From the NCBI GenBank assembly GCA_963851385.1, contig CAWKPE010000010.1, forward strand, positions 199,269 through 263,268: 64,000 bases of DNA. The letters are read 5' to 3'. Every line of letters begins with the position of its first letter. The stretch's first letter is position 1. This stretch comes from an uncultured Bacteroidota bacterium (GTDB taxonomy: Bacteria > Bacteroidota > Bacteroidia > Bacteroidales > DTGW01). This document shows, one piece after another, positions 50,097-59,624 of this stretch. Position numbers and translations under genes: made by a program. The notes below the pieces were generated by a model. The model searched no databases, had not been told where the DNA came from, and saw only the letters and a program-made list of their open reading frames with translations.

Positions 50097-51308
50097 ATGA
50101 AAACAAAAATTTTGACAATTAGTGCATTTATTGTGCTTATTGCAATTTTAATTGTAATAAGTTGTAGCAAATCTAATGATGAAAATTCAGCATCTAATGA
50201 CAGACTGAAAGCAGCTGTGAGTTGTTCGGGAATTGCAACATGGAACGCAACAACTATTTATGCCAATGCTGGAATGGAGGTTCAATATAATTGTAACTTG
50301 TACAAGAACAATTGGTACACTCAAAATCAGAATCCTGCACAGAATTCAGGAGCTTACCAGGTTTGGACATTAGTTGGAAGTTGCACAGGATGCAGTAGTA
50401 GCTCAAGTAGCAGTTCAAGCAGCAGTTCAAGTAGTAGCTCAAGTAGTAGTTCCAGCAGCAGCTCAAGTAGTAGTTCTGGCGGAAGTGTCAGCTGTTCAGG
50501 ATATCCTGTATGGAATTCACAAGTAGTATATAATACAACTGGTCAATTGGTAGAATATAATTGTAAATTATATAAAAATCAAGGTTTTGCTTACGACCTT
50601 AATCCTGAAACTAATAATGGACAGTACTATGCATGGCTCTTAGTTGGAACATGCACAAGCGGTTGTGCAATGGGTGAAGGACCCTTTATTGGTTGCGGTA
50701 ATTATGATAAATATGTAAATGGTAATTACACAATTTATAATGATGTTTGGGGCAGTGGTGCAGGTCAGCAATGTTTGACAGCATACTCATACAGCAATTG
50801 GTTTGTTGTTTCTACGCAGCCTGCCACAAGTGGTGTAAAGTCTTATCCTAATAGTGGTATTGTAAATCTTGGCAAAACTATAAGCTCATTAGGTACTCTG
50901 ACAAGTAGTTTCAATGTTACCGTACCTGGTAGCGGCGATTGGGAAGCTGCATACGATATTTGGGTCCCTAGCGAAGTTATGCTTTGGATGTACACAAATG
51001 GCAACGTAGGTCCTATTGCAGCCAGTTGGGATGCCTCTGGAAAGCCAGTACCAAGTGCAACAAATATTACTGTAGGAGGTCATACATGGAATGTTTACCA
51101 TGGAGGTAACAATGTAGTTTCATTTGTAAGAACGAGCAATACAACCTCTGGTACCGTTGATATTAAGGCCATAGTAAACTGGATTAAAACCCAGGGATGG
51201 ATAAGTGATGGTACTATTGGTGCTGTTCAGTTTGGCTTTGAAATTAGTGGAACAGGTGGAGTTGCTACAACTTTCACTTGCAACAGTTTTTCCATTACAT
51301 CAAACTAA
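50097..51308 (+). CDS. lipoprotein: two CBM5/12-like modules, poly-Ser linker, GH12 glycoside hydrolase domain
   Basis: 403 aa with a lipobox ...LIVISC. Two W/Y-rich modules are present (…YNCNLYKNNWYTQNQNP…, …YNCKLYKNQGF…). I counted 28 consecutive Ser codons at 50394-50477. GH12 catalytic contexts are SEVMLWMY and FGFEISG. Confidence 0.75.
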   Translation: MKTKILTISAFIVLIAILIVISCSKSNDENSASNDRLKAAVSCSGIATWNATTIYANAGMEVQYNCNLYKNNWYTQNQNPAQNSGAYQVWTLVGSCTGCSSSSSSSSSSSSSSSSSSSSSSSSSSSSGGSVSCSGYPVWNSQVVYNTTGQLVEYNCKLYKNQGFAYDLNPETNNGQYYAWLLVGTCTSGCAMGEGPFIGCGNYDKYVNGNYTIYNDVWGSGAGQQCLTAYSYSNWFVVSTQPATSGVKSYPNSGIVNLGKTISSLGTLTSSFNVTVPGSGDWEAAYDIWVPSEVMLWMYTNGNVGPIAASWDASGKPVPSATNITVGGHTWNVYHGGNNVVSFVRTSNTTSGTVDIKAIVNWIKTQGWISDGTIGAVQFGFEISGTGGVATTFTCNSFSITSN

Positions 51309-51345
51309 CTATTTAAAGTAATTATTAATCCGGAAACTAAAATAA

Positions 51346-51396
51346 TAAGGCTGTCTGAAAAATCTTTCGATCTGAAATTGACAGCCTTATTTATTT
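51346..51396 (+). terminator. hairpin terminator after GH12 gene
   Basis: taaggctgtc / gacagcctta 10-bp stem, 24-nt loop, then TTTATTT. Confidence 0.55.
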
Positions 51397-51732
51397 ATAA
51401 AATATTAAAATTTCCTCTGTCTATACAATCGAATTCGTGCGAGGTTATTTAGTTTATAGCAAAACCAGATTGACACAAACAATATTATTTTTCAATTATT
51501 CTCGCATTGAAAGCGCGTGATTGCACAATTAATCATATTAAAGTATATTTAATACTAATATCCCGATAATTAAACGTACCTTGCACCAATTATTTAATTC
51601 ATATTTTGAAACCCACATATTAAACAAGTTAAACACAAAGACCGGATGCATTACATCTCAGAAGCTAATTTAGAAGCCACAAAACTGAGAAATGTGGGTT
51701 CCATTCGAGCTTTGAAATAATAATTTTTTATA

Positions 51733-51924
51733 ATGAAAAATGGAATAGTAAAATTTTTTAACGATTCTAAAGGTTTTGGATTCATTAAAGAAGCTGATTC
51801 AGTAAAAGAATACTTTGTTCATTCATCTGGTCTAAAAGACAGTATTAAGGAAAATGATGAAGTAACTTTTGACCTGGAACAAGGAAAAAAAGGATTAAAT
51901 GCTGTGAATGTTAAACTAGCTTAG
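51733..51924 (+). CDS. cold-shock protein (CSD)
   Basis: 63 aa, GIVKFFNDSKGFGFIKE (RNP1) and FVHSSG (RNP2). Confidence 0.95.
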   Translation: MKNGIVKFFNDSKGFGFIKEADSVKEYFVHSSGLKDSIKENDEVTFDLEQGKKGLNAVNVKLA

Positions 51925-51953
51925 TTTATATAATATTAAACATTTAAAATTTT

Positions 51954-51980
51954 GAGTCCCGTATTCTCGGGACTTTTTTG
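51954..51980 (+). terminator. rho-independent terminator
   Basis: agtcccg / cgggact stem followed by TTTTTT. Confidence 0.8.
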
Positions 51981-52089
51981 TTTCAAATCCCCGGAATGTT
52001 TTCCACTTCTCTTTTATGTACATCATGCCTTTTGAATTAACCTGATTATGCATTCACCCGCATATTAGATAATTTCTTGATTTTATAAA

Positions 52090-52128
52090 AATGTGTGAAT
52101 TATGTAAATATGTCAAAGAATTGTGTAA
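52090..52128 (+). promoter_or_regulatory. conserved cis-motif, copy 3
   Basis: ATGTGTGAATTATGTAA ... TTGTGTAAC with the same 30-nt register. It lies ~100 nt upstream of the radical-SAM ATG. Confidence 0.5.
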
Positions 52129-52227
52129 CTAATTTGATACATAATTGAAATAAATTTACTCTCTTGTATCCATTACATATCATTACTACAAATTATCAAG
52201 TCTGAAATAAATAATAAATAATTGCAA

Positions 52228-53874
52228 ATGAAGGATTTTTTTAGAGGATTTACCAAATGTTTAATTGTTCAAACAAAATTTTCAGACTATAGTTTCTGGA
52301 ATTATCAGGATGTATGTAAAATTGTTGGAGCCAAATATCCTGCAGCACCTCTTGGTTTGTTGACTCTGGCTGCACTTTTACCTCAACATTGGACATTTAA
52401 ACTGGTTGACGAAAACGTTGAGCCTTTATTAGATGAACATCTGAAATGGGCTGATATTGTTTGCACTGGAGGTATGTTGCCTCAGCAAAAGAGTATGCTT
52501 GAGTTTATTAAAAGAGCTCATAACTTAAATTGTACTGTAGTTGTTGGAGGTCCCGATCCGACATCACAACCGGATACTTATAAAGAAGCTGATTTTTTAG
52601 TTCTTGGTGAAGGCGAAGTAACCGTTCCTATATTTCTCCAGGCAATTGACAACATGGTGCTAAAAGTGGAATTTTTGCTTCTGAGGAAAAAGCCGATATG
52701 TCAAAAGCGGTTGTTCCCAGATATGACCTTATTCGTTTTCGTGATTATATTATGATTGGCGTGCAGTTTATACGAGGATGCCCTTACAATTGCGAATTCT
52801 GTGATATCATAGAACTATTCGGACGCATACCCAGATTTAAAACTACAGAACAAGTTATTAAAGAGTTGCAAAACCTTTATGATCTTGGTCACAGAGGACA
52901 TATTGATTTTGTTGACGATAATTTTATTGGCAATAAAAAGAAGGCAAAAGAATTGCTTCGTGAAATCAGGAAATGGACTATTGAACATAAATATCCATTC
53001 TATTTTTCTACTGAAGCATCTATAAATCTTGCCGAGGACGATGAACTGCTGCAGCTCATGAAAGATGTTGATTTCCGGTATGTATTTCTTGGTATTGAAA
53101 CTCCGGAGAATGAAACGTTGGCAATTAATCAGAAAAACCAAAATGTAAATAAATCTGTTGAAGATGCTGTACGAAAAATAATGTCATATGGAATTATATG
53201 TAATGGCGGTTATATTATTGGATTCGACAGTGAAAGTCCAAGGATAGCCGAAAATATGATATCATTCCATACAAAATTCAGGCATATGCATGGCTATGTT
53301 GGGACTATTATATGCATTACCGAATACACAACTTACCCGCCGGCTTGAATCTGAAGAACAGATTGTTTCAAAACGCGTCAAAAACAATCAGTGAATTCGA
53401 TATAGATCAATCGACGAGTGGACTTAATTTTATAACTAAAAAACCCCGCACTGAAATAATAAATAATTATTTACGGGTAATTAGGTATATTTATGAACCC
53501 TAAAAATTATTATAAAAGGATTATTTATAATGGCCTTAATCTCAAAACCGATTATAAATATAAACCTGGCTTTGGAATAATGGCTTATTTATTTGCGCTC
53601 ATTTCTGAAGGTATGCTTGCAGGTTGGATTTAATAAACATACTGGATACCTATATTGGAAAATGTTTTTTACCGTTTTATTCCGAAATGCAAAATCAATG
53701 GAAGCCGCTATAAATCTGGCTGCAATGTTTATTCATTTTCAAAAACAAAAAGAGTTATGTTGTTAGATGCAATGAATAGAATGATTAAAGCATGTTGAAG
53801 AAATAGGTGAAGCTGAATTTTATAGAATTATGGTTTACGAAGTTTCTGAACCTGTTGAAGCAGATTTAGAATAA
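52228..53874 (+). pseudogene. B12-binding-domain radical SAM protein (with DUF4070-like C-terminus), at least six frame breaks
   Basis: Pieces read in alternating frames. They are the B12-binding part (…VVVGGPDPTSQP…), the core IRGCPYNCEFCDI, then IQNSGICMAMLGLLYALPNTQLTRRLESE / RLFQNASKTISEFD.. / KNYYKRIIYNG.. / GYLYWKMFFTVLFRN.. / ..EAEFYRIMVYEV. Confidence 0.75.
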
Positions 53875-53909
53875 TCACTAATTATGCAATTTGATGCTAA
53901 TAAAGGGAA

Positions 53910-53977
53910 ATGTGTGAATGATGTAACTTAATTCCAGAGTTGTGTGACACTTTTTATCATAAAGATGTTCACTTTTG
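53910..53977 (+). promoter_or_regulatory. conserved cis-motif, copy 2 (closest to copy 1 over ~68 nt)
   Basis: ATGTGTGAATGATGTAACTTAATTCCAGAGTTGTGTGACACTTTTTATCATAAAGATGTTCAC. Same 30-nt register. Confidence 0.55.
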
Positions 53978-54053
53978 CACATAAGTTTACTCTTAATTGA
54001 TAAATCAGAAATACCAAGCATAAAGTTCAATTGAACTTAGAAACCTTGGGGTG

Positions 54054-54093
54054 TCGTGTCATTCGATGTAAATCATTTCATAAGTTGTGTAAC
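54054..54093 (+). promoter_or_regulatory. conserved cis-motif, degenerate copy 4
   Basis: cgtgtcattcgatgtaaatcatttcataaGTTGTGTAAC. The first box is degenerate with 31-nt spacing. It lies 68 nt upstream of the ATG at 54161. Confidence 0.4.
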
Positions 54094-54160
54094 ATTTACC
54101 TCTATAAAACAAGGTACTTAATAGACAAAGATTTGTTGTTTTTATTAAATATTTTAAAAC

Positions 54161-54319
54161 ATGAAAAACGCTCTTTACGTTATTGCCGGTTTACTAATAG
54201 TAATTTGGTTAATTGCTGTCATTGGCTTTAAACCTTTCGGAATTATTCATATGTTGCCTGTTTTGGCTGTTATTATCATACTATTCAGAATCTTTTTTAA
54301 CAAGCAGCTATCAAAATAG
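54161..54319 (+). CDS. lmo0937-family small membrane protein
   Basis: Not in the ORF track. Hand translation gives MKNALYVIAGLLIVIWLIAVIGFKPFGIIHMLPVLAVIIILFRIFFNKQLSK (52 aa, two TM helices). Confidence 0.7.
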   Translation: MKNALYVIAGLLIVIWLIAVIGFKPFGIIHMLPVLAVIIILFRIFFNKQLSK

Positions 54320-54389
54320 TTTTTAGCATAATTAATAATACCTTTATTTTAGAAATTTATAACTTTTATTCACATAACATTTAAATTTA

Positions 54390-54575
54390 ATGAGTACAGT
54401 ATTAGATAAGATTAATTGGCATAATATTAAAAACCACTTAAAACAGAAATACCCGGTATTAACAAATTCCGATTTGCTTTTTAGAAAAGGCATGGAAGAT
54501 GATTTATTAACAATGATTGCATATAAACTGGGGAAAACTACCAAAGAGATGCATGAAATAATTACAAAGCTTTAG
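54390..54575 (+). CDS. CsbD-like general stress protein
   Basis: 61 aa, ...WHNIKNHLKQKYPVLTNSDLLFRKGMEDDLLTMIAYKLGKTTKEMHEII. Confidence 0.65.
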   Translation: MSTVLDKINWHNIKNHLKQKYPVLTNSDLLFRKGMEDDLLTMIAYKLGKTTKEMHEIITKL

Positions 54576-54683
54576 TAAAAAGCTTTTTCAGTTGCAATTA
54601 TTAAAATAAAACCTTCATTCTTTAAATGCAGGACAAAAAATATCCAAGTGATCTTAGGTAATTTAATCGTGAGCGTTTAATAT

Positions 54684-55089
54684 ATAATTAACTTCAGTTC
54701 GATATAAGAAAATGTTTAAATATTTTGTTTTAAACACTTTACCTTTTGTCTTGACACAAAAGGTAACCAAAAAGTCAATCCCGCCTTAGGCGTGATGAAG
54801 CTTCCACCCACGAGCTTTCGCACACTCGCCAGATTTTCTGGCCAACGCACTTTCCCGTTTCACGGAAATTAGAAGAGAATTCCTTTTCTGCTGCGTGCTT
54901 CCCGAAATTTCGTGATGAGCAAAGGCGGCAGCCGGAGTTCACGCAGCCAAGTCTTTTTACTCACTTCGTTCGTGAGATCGCTCCGCTAAGTTCTTTGGTT
55001 CATTTCTTTTTTGACGAAAAAAAGAAATGAATAATATTCTGATTATCTGTAATAAGTATGTTATCTTAGGTCGAACTCACGTTAATTAT
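54684..55089 (-). mobile_element. structured intergenic repeat, copy C (inverted relative to copy B)
   Basis: Terminal inverted repeats ataattaacttcagttcgat / gtcgaactcacgttaattat. It shares the 46-nt identical block and the GAAGCTTC...CTCGCCAGATTTTCTGGCC core with copies B and A. Confidence 0.7.
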
Positions 55090-55297
55090 ATTAATATGTA
55101 AAAAGACATTATATCATGAATGTTTTAAACGCATGAATAAAAATCAACCAGGATGAGTAAACTTTATTTCGCCATTCGCGTATTGTGTCAACTGCAACAA
55201 CCTTTACTATTTAAAGGCTATCATAATAGAAAATTATTCGGATTTTTGAAATAAAATCAGGATATTTGATAATAAAAACATCAATTATTTAATTAAA

Positions 55298-56177
55298 ATG
55301 GAGGTTTATATGAATATGAATTTCATTATTACCGCTTCAATTGCAATTGTAATATTATTCTTTTGGGGAATAAGAATTGTAAGGCCTACACATAAAGGCT
55401 TAATCGAAAGGTTAGGTAAATATAATCGTTTTGCCCAACCAGGATTTCATTGGGTTGTACCTATAATCGAACGGCTTTTTATGGTGAATATTACCGAACA
55501 AATGGTAAATGCTGAATCCACAGGAAATAATTACCAATGATAACCTGAATGCCAGCGTTGATGCACAGGTATATTTTAAAGTAAAGGATGATGAGGACAG
55601 TGTTAAAGGATCGCAGTATAATGTAAACAATTACAAATGGCAGATAGTAAATCTTGCCCGCACTACTTTAAGAAACATTATTGGTACTCTCACATTAAAA
55701 TCGGCCAATAGTGAACGCGGAAAAATAAATGCTGAATTACACAAAACCTTACTTATTGAAACAAAGAACTGGGGTATTGAAATTGTAAGAACAGAGTTGA
55801 AGGAAATAGATCCGCCAAAAGATGTGCAGGAAACCATGAACAAGGTTGTAAAAGCCGAGAATGAAAAAATTGCAGCTATCGATTTTGCATCTGCAAGAGA
55901 AACTGTAGCAGATGGTGAAAAACGTGCAAAAATAAAAGAGGCTGAAGGTTATAAACAGTCAAAGATTCTGCATGCCGAAGGTGAAGCCGAAGCAATAAGA
56001 CTGGTGAACGAAGCTGCCGATAAATACTTTGTGGGTAATGCCCAGTTGCTAAGAAAACTTGAAGCAATGGAGCAATCACTTAAAGATAATGCTAAAATAG
56101 TAATTCCTGAAGGTTCCGAAATAGTGAATCTTATTGGTGAAATGGCAGGTATAGTACCACTGAACAAAAAACAATAG
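55298..56177 (+). pseudogene. SPFH/band-7 (stomatin/prohibitin-like) membrane protein, one frame break as sequenced
   Basis: An N-terminal TM plus IRIVRPTHKGLIERLGKYNRFAQPGFHWVVP... is followed by ...MVNAE/PQEIITNDNLNASVDAQVYFKV... after one extra T near 55515-55525. Confidence 0.85.
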
Positions 56178-56224
56178 TACTCCTAAAGGACAGCTCAAAA
56201 GTCAAAAAATCGACCTGACAAAGT

Positions 56225-56264
56225 ACACAAAAGCCGCTAATCGCTTGATTAACGGCTTTTGTGT
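56225..56264 (+). terminator. hairpin terminator after SPFH gene
   Basis: acacaaaagccg / cggcttttgtgt 12-bp stem with a 16-nt loop. Confidence 0.6.
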
Positions 56265-56639
56265 TGTGATTAAAAACTGACAAAATTACTTTTGAGACAG
56301 CCTCTTTAATTTCAAAAAAATCATGGATTTCATTTATTAATATTGCCTGAAATAAATAACACTACTTCTTCTTCAAATTAAATTTATTTAACAAGAAAGC
56401 TTAACTTTTGTGAACTATAAAAAGCTATGCTCATCAATTTCTTTATTTTGCTTTCCTCAAGGTATCTTAATATTCATCATCGAACTGTTTATTAAATAAT
56501 CTACGCTCTTTATTCAACAAGGTTCTTATTATCATTGGATATACTTTTAAGTATGGTTTTAAAATGGCATGTTTCAATTAATTTTATTCATTCTTCAATA
56601 GTTGTACTTAAAACATTATAAGCAAAAATTAAAAATATT

Positions 56640-56655
56640 ATGAACATATGTTCAT
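56640..56655. promoter_or_regulatory. perfect 16-bp palindrome ATGAACATATGTTCAT (candidate operator)
   Basis: Read directly. It lies 50 nt upstream of the peroxiredoxin ATG and just upstream of a TAnnTTTG-like box (TATTTTTG at ~56665). Confidence 0.5.
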
Positions 56656-56705
56656 ATTTATTCATATTTTTGTATCGCTTTTTTAAACTTTAAAAAATAG
56701 AAATC

Positions 56706-57407
56706 ATGGAACAGGAAATTGTTTCTTTGCCTCGAATAGGCGACAATGCACCTTCATTTGAAGCAATAACAACCCAGGGTAATATAAAATTTCCGGGAGA
56801 TTATAAAGGGAAATGGGTAATCCTTTTTAGTCATCCTGCCGATTTTACACCTGTTTGCACTTCGGAGTTCATGACTTTTGCAAGCATGGAATCTGAATTT
56901 AACGCCTTAAACTGTCAACTTGTAGGCTTATCAGTTGATGGTTTATACAGCCATATTGCATGGCTGCGGACAATCAAGGAAAAAATCGAATACCGTGGAA
57001 TGAAAAACGTAGAAGTAAAATTTCCTCTGATTGAAGATATTACTATGGAAGTTGCTAAAAAGTACGGAATGTTGCAACCTGGTGAAAGTAATACAAAAGC
57101 AGTACGTGCCGTATTTTTTATTGACCCAGTCGGTAAAATCCGTGCTATTATTTATTATCCCTTGTCACTTGGGCGCAATTTTGAGGAACTGAAACGTGTA
57201 ATTATCGCTCTTCAAACGGCTGATAAATTTAGCGTTGCCACTCCGGCCGACTGGCAACCTGGTGATGATGTGATTGTTCCTACTGCCGGTTCGTGCGGTG
57301 TTGCCAAAGACCGCGTTGAAGGAAAAGAAGCTGGGGTAAAATGTTATGATTGGTTTTTCTGCACTAAACCTATCAGCAAAGACCAGGTTTTTAAAGCCTT
57401 AAAATAA
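56706..57407 (+). CDS. peroxiredoxin (Prx6-like/1-Cys-type length class)
   Basis: 233 aa, ...WVILFSHPADFTPVCTSEF... peroxidatic Cys context. Confidence 0.9.
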   Translation: MEQEIVSLPRIGDNAPSFEAITTQGNIKFPGDYKGKWVILFSHPADFTPVCTSEFMTFASMESEFNALNCQLVGLSVDGLYSHIAWLRTIKEKIEYRGMKNVEVKFPLIEDITMEVAKKYGMLQPGESNTKAVRAVFFIDPVGKIRAIIYYPLSLGRNFEELKRVIIALQTADKFSVATPADWQPGDDVIVPTAGSCGVAKDRVEGKEAGVKCYDWFFCTKPISKDQVFKALK

Positions 57408-57408
57408 T

Positions 57409-57804
57409 ATGGCACGTACCAAAAAAGACAGGTTAATCCAAATGGCGCCTCACTTTTGCGGGTTCAAACCTCAAGGAATACAATGTAAAACCGGTACAGA
57501 GGTTTACATTAATTTCGAAGAATACGAAGCAATGAACTTGTGCGATTATGAACTGCTTACCCAGGCTGAAGCAGCAAAACTGATGAACATATCACGGCCC
57601 ACATATACGAGAATTTATGAAAGTGCGCGCCGGAAAATAGCCAAAGCCTTTGTAGAAGGCAGTTGCATTCATTTCGAAGGCGGGAATGTTTCTATTGCCA
57701 ACTGGTATAAATGCAACCATTGTAAAATCACTTTTACAATTCCGGACAACTCTGACAAATCCTGTCCTTTATGTAAATCACAAGTAATAACTGAAAATAA
57801 ATAA
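57409..57804 (+). CDS. DUF134-family DNA-binding protein with C-terminal Cys4 ribbon
   Basis: 131 aa. ...FKPQG....INFEEYEAMNLCDYELLTQAEAAKLMNISRPTYTRIYESARRKIAKAF, then CNHC...CPLC. Confidence 0.75.
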   Translation: MARTKKDRLIQMAPHFCGFKPQGIQCKTGTEVYINFEEYEAMNLCDYELLTQAEAAKLMNISRPTYTRIYESARRKIAKAFVEGSCIHFEGGNVSIANWYKCNHCKITFTIPDNSDKSCPLCKSQVITENK

Positions 57805-57808
57805 AGCC

Positions 57809-58120
57809 ATGATAATTGCCATAGCTGCCAATGAAAATCATTTAAAAGCGACTGTTGACCCGCACTTTGGCAGATGCGACTGGTATTGTTTATACGATAC
57901 CGAAACCCGTAAAAGTTCATTTATTGAAAACCCTGTACGCTATTACCAGGAAAAGGCAGGGTGCGATGCTGCAGAATTATTGGTAGGTAAAGGCATCAGT
58001 ATGGCCATCGCTGGTCGCTTTGGCTCTAAAGTCGTGGAAGTTTTCAGGAAAAACAATGTACAAATGATAATTCCTGAGACACAGCAAACATTAATAAAAA
58101 TTATTAACCAAATAAAATAA
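57809..58120 (+). CDS. NifB/NifX-like (dinitrogenase FeMo-cofactor-binding fold) small protein
   Basis: 103 aa, MIIAIAAN...VDPHFGRCDWYCLYD... Confidence 0.7.
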   Translation: MIIAIAANENHLKATVDPHFGRCDWYCLYDTETRKSSFIENPVRYYQEKAGCDAAELLVGKGISMAIAGRFGSKVVEVFRKNNVQMIIPETQQTLIKIINQIK

Positions 58121-58126
58121 TTTAAA

Positions 58127-58504
58127 ATGAAAATTGCAGTACCAACAAGAGGAACAAATGTAGATGACCATTTTGGCCATTGCGAAGCTTACACTGTTTT
58201 TACCACCAACGAAAACAAAAAAATTATTAATTCTGAAATATTGCCTTCTCCACAGGGTTGTGGTTGCAAAAGCGATATTGCATCTGTTTTACAGCAAAAG
58301 GGTGTAAGTGTAATGCTTGCCGGAAATATGGGCGGAGGAGCATTGAATATATTAACCGGACATGGGATTGATGTATACCGGGGATGTTCAGGAGATGTAC
58401 GCCAAATTACTGAGGCTTTTTTACAGGGCAAAATAGGTGATTCGGATGAAAGTTGCCACCAGCATGAACATCACCAATCCGATGGCAATACCTGTAATCA
58501 TTAA
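58127..58504 (+). CDS. NifB/NifX-like small protein with His/Cys-rich tail
   Basis: 125 aa, MKIAVPTRG..VDDHFGHCEAYTVF..., tail ESCHQHEHHQSDGNTCNH. Confidence 0.7.
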   Translation: MKIAVPTRGTNVDDHFGHCEAYTVFTTNENKKIINSEILPSPQGCGCKSDIASVLQQKGVSVMLAGNMGGGALNILTGHGIDVYRGCSGDVRQITEAFLQGKIGDSDESCHQHEHHQSDGNTCNH

Positions 58505-58555
58505 ATTATTGCAGGTAAATAAAGGCGACTTTGTATTTAAATCGAATAGGTCATT

Positions 58556-58981
58556 ATGATAGAACATGAATATACTTTCAGGGTTATGTACCCCGATACT
58601 GACCAAATGGGTACGGTACATCATTCAAATTATGCGAAATATTACGAAACAGCCCGTTGGGAATTATTCCGCAGCATCGGCATTTCATATCATTCTATAG
58701 AAGAAGCCGGATACATGCTTCCGGTAATAACAATGAATTTCAGGTTTTTAAAAAGCACACATTACGATGCTCTGCTCAGGGTGAAAACAACTCTCAAGGC
58801 AATTAAAGGGGTACGGATTTGGTTTACCTATAAACTATACAACGAGCAAAACGAATTGATTAACGAAGCAGAGACAGAGCTTGCCTTTGTTGGCCTGAAT
58901 ACATGGAAACCTTGTGCTGTCCCTGATTTCGTTTTAAAAGCAATAGAAAAAAAACATATCACCAAACATACAAATGCTTAA
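58556..58981 (+). CDS. acyl-CoA thioesterase, YbgC/4HBT (hotdog) family
   Basis: 141 aa, ...FRVMYPDTDQMGTVHHSNYAKYYETARWE... Confidence 0.8.
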   Translation: MIEHEYTFRVMYPDTDQMGTVHHSNYAKYYETARWELFRSIGISYHSIEEAGYMLPVITMNFRFLKSTHYDALLRVKTTLKAIKGVRIWFTYKLYNEQNELINEAETELAFVGLNTWKPCAVPDFVLKAIEKKHITKHTNA

Positions 58982-59606
58982 TAACTTAAATAAAGAATTA
59001 TTAACAACCATCTGTATTATTCGGCATGGTGAAACGGATTGGAATTCATCAGGAAAATTGCAGGGTCGTGAAGATATTGAGCTTAACAACCTGGGCCGGG
59101 AACAAGCAAGTCAAATTGCGCAATATTTTAAAACCGAACCTTGGGATGTAATCGTTTCCAGCCCATTAAAACGGGCTTATGAAACGGCTCAAATTATAGG
59201 TTCTCAACTTTCAATTCAAAATATTTATATAGTTGACGAAATGATCGAACGCTGTTATGGTTCAGCATCCGGTTTGCTACCTGAAGAACGTCAAATGCGT
59301 TTCCCCGATGGCATCACAGACCAGGAAGATTTTGAACATTTGCGCCAACGGGCCATGACAGGTTTAGCCAAAATTGCAAACGATTTTAAGGGCAAAAGAA
59401 TAATTGTTGTATCGCACGGAGGGCTTACCAATTCAATTTTATATTCGATTTCGGGCGGCGAATTCGGCAGCTTCAAAACCCGCCTCAAAAACGGATGTAT
59501 CAATAAGATTAAATTGCAAAACAATAAATGGTCGGTTGAATTCTACAATAAAACTGTTGAAGAATTATTAAACCCTTTGGAAAGTATGAGGAGTATCAGA
59601 ATATGA
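58974..59606 (+). CDS. histidine phosphatase family protein (phosphoglycerate-mutase-like)
   Basis: 210 aa, RHG motif ICIIRHGETDWN, later VSHGG. Confidence 0.8.
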   Translation: MLNNLNKELLTTICIIRHGETDWNSSGKLQGREDIELNNLGREQASQIAQYFKTEPWDVIVSSPLKRAYETAQIIGSQLSIQNIYIVDEMIERCYGSASGLLPEERQMRFPDGITDQEDFEHLRQRAMTGLAKIANDFKGKRIIVVSHGGLTNSILYSISGGEFGSFKTRLKNGCINKIKLQNNKWSVEFYNKTVEELLNPLESMRSIRI

Positions 59607-59624
59607 AATAAAATTAAAAATAAT

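Noticed and set aside
54031-54231. 66-aa plus-strand ORF upstream of the small stress genes
   Set aside because: It covers the degenerate cis-motif copy and overlaps, out of frame, the much better supported lmo0937-like small membrane gene (54161-54319).
35069-55089. Composite transposon or genomic island delimited by copies B and C
   Set aside because: There is no transposase, integrase, tRNA target or flanking direct duplication. The cargo is ordinary housekeeping and stress genes. Only the weaker recombination-substrate idea is kept as a low-interest finding.
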